DNA of 64,000 nucleotides from Lingula anatina (lineage: Eukaryota; Animalia; Brachiopoda): assembly GCA_051362555.1 (NCBI GenBank), contig CM120641.1, positions 20,088,001-20,152,000 on the forward strand. Reading direction: 5' to 3'. The position numbers were made by a program, and so were the translations under genes. Under the pieces are notes generated by a model. The model made no database searches. It was not told where the DNA came from and was given only the letters and a program-made list of their open reading frames with translations. This document shows, one piece after another, positions 62,920-64,000 of the stretch; within the stretch, counting starts at the first letter, position 1; each line of letters starts with the position of its first letter.

Positions 62920-64000
62920 ACTGTAATGGAATGACTATCAGACTTGTTTAAAAATCTGTGTGATGTCCACTAAAGATGTGAACTTTACACCTGTCCAAAG
63001 ATTTGTTGACACCGAGACCAGTGTCCTACTTTGCTCTTATCTAATTGGCTTCAAGGTTATCTTTGACTAGACAGTTTGTTAAAGAACTCATAAGAAAATA
63101 ATTCCAATCACCATCTTGGGAGAGAATAATGAAAATATTGTATAATCCCTTCTCAGGTACCATTATTAATTTCATTGACCAGTTTTCTTTCCAGGTTATA
63201 ATTGGCGGTACTAAAGCAGTCACCGACTTTCTTTATGAAATATTGTAATCAAATATAATTTCTCAGCCTCTTCTAAAATTCTTAAATTGGTTATTTAACT
63301 CCTCAATATGATGGATTAAAAAAAAAGTAATAATAAGCCTGTGAGATCTCGTGTGGGCAATGGATAGAACAGACGATATTCCAAAATTGAAAACTTGTCT
63401 TTTTATAAAATTCACTTTCTAACAATGGTTTACAGTTGTTGTACTGTCAAATGATACCCCATTGTCACCCTTATGTTAGAAACCCACTTTAAACAAACAC
63501 AATAAGAAAGATACATAAGTTAAACATTCGTACACCCATTGAAGTTTCAGAAACTTTTTATTCAACAAAAGTAAGTTGCACAGTGAGTATGGTTACATGG
63601 CAAACTCAACTCCATACAAGCATGATTTAACCAACATGAAAAACAAAGTGTGCAAATCAATACTAAAGCAATCAGTCGTGAGTCATACTACAGTACTAAT
63701 TTGATCATGTCATACTGCAAAAGTGATTTGATCACAAAAAAAAAAAGAATTAATAAAAATAATAATAATAATAATGCAACAATCTTCTAAGAGAATTACT
63801 ACACACCCTAGTAATTGTAGAATTTCATTTAATCCCCTTAATTTTCTAGCTCAAGTTCTTCATCTGAAAAATGTTTATCCATGGAAGCTTGCAGAAAATA
63901 TTGGCAGGAAAATGAATAAACACAAAGAATTGTGATAACTTAGTACCTGTTACACATTCATTTTGTCGAAATTAAATATTTTTACGCAGACAGTGGTTCA

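Noticed and set aside
8588-63043. GATA-like (CTTATC/GATAAG) motifs upstream of several genes
   Set aside because: Expected every few hundred bp at this AT content, and positions are not consistent. No convincing shared TATA box was found either.
63041-63310. Possible decayed transposase fragment (EELNNQFKNF...) upstream of gene L
   Set aside because: Short, interrupted by stops and with no diagnostic motif; it would need a tBLASTx hit.

Overview
AT-rich, intron-rich animal genomic DNA, probably a mollusc or other lophotrochozoan (inferred from the repeat types, not proven). The window is one tandem array of 12 paralogous spliced genes (labelled A-L; A runs off the left edge), all on the minus strand. 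The ORF track shows only fragments of them. I rebuilt them by hand from GT-AG sites: the 11 complete genes each give a continuous frame from ATG to stop, with every intron in phase 1. The usual plan is signal peptide, Gln, one canonical Kazal domain with an acidic P1 (mostly CPEEY), a Thr/Pro mucin-like stalk, 1-13 variant Kazal-like domains, a capping domain and a C-terminal hydrophobic-hydrophobic-Gly-stop tail. About 39 of about 62 domains are a variant in which Cys4 replaces the conserved Asn and the intron sits one codon later. Ten of 11 complete proteins end in the Gly tail. Genes D and F look like head/tail chimeras made by unequal crossover inside the stalk. Also present: a CMC/EnSpm-like non-autonomous element, Helentron-like elements, a MITE, an orphan pseudo-exon and microsatellites. 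Coordinates and counts are manual, and no database searches were run.
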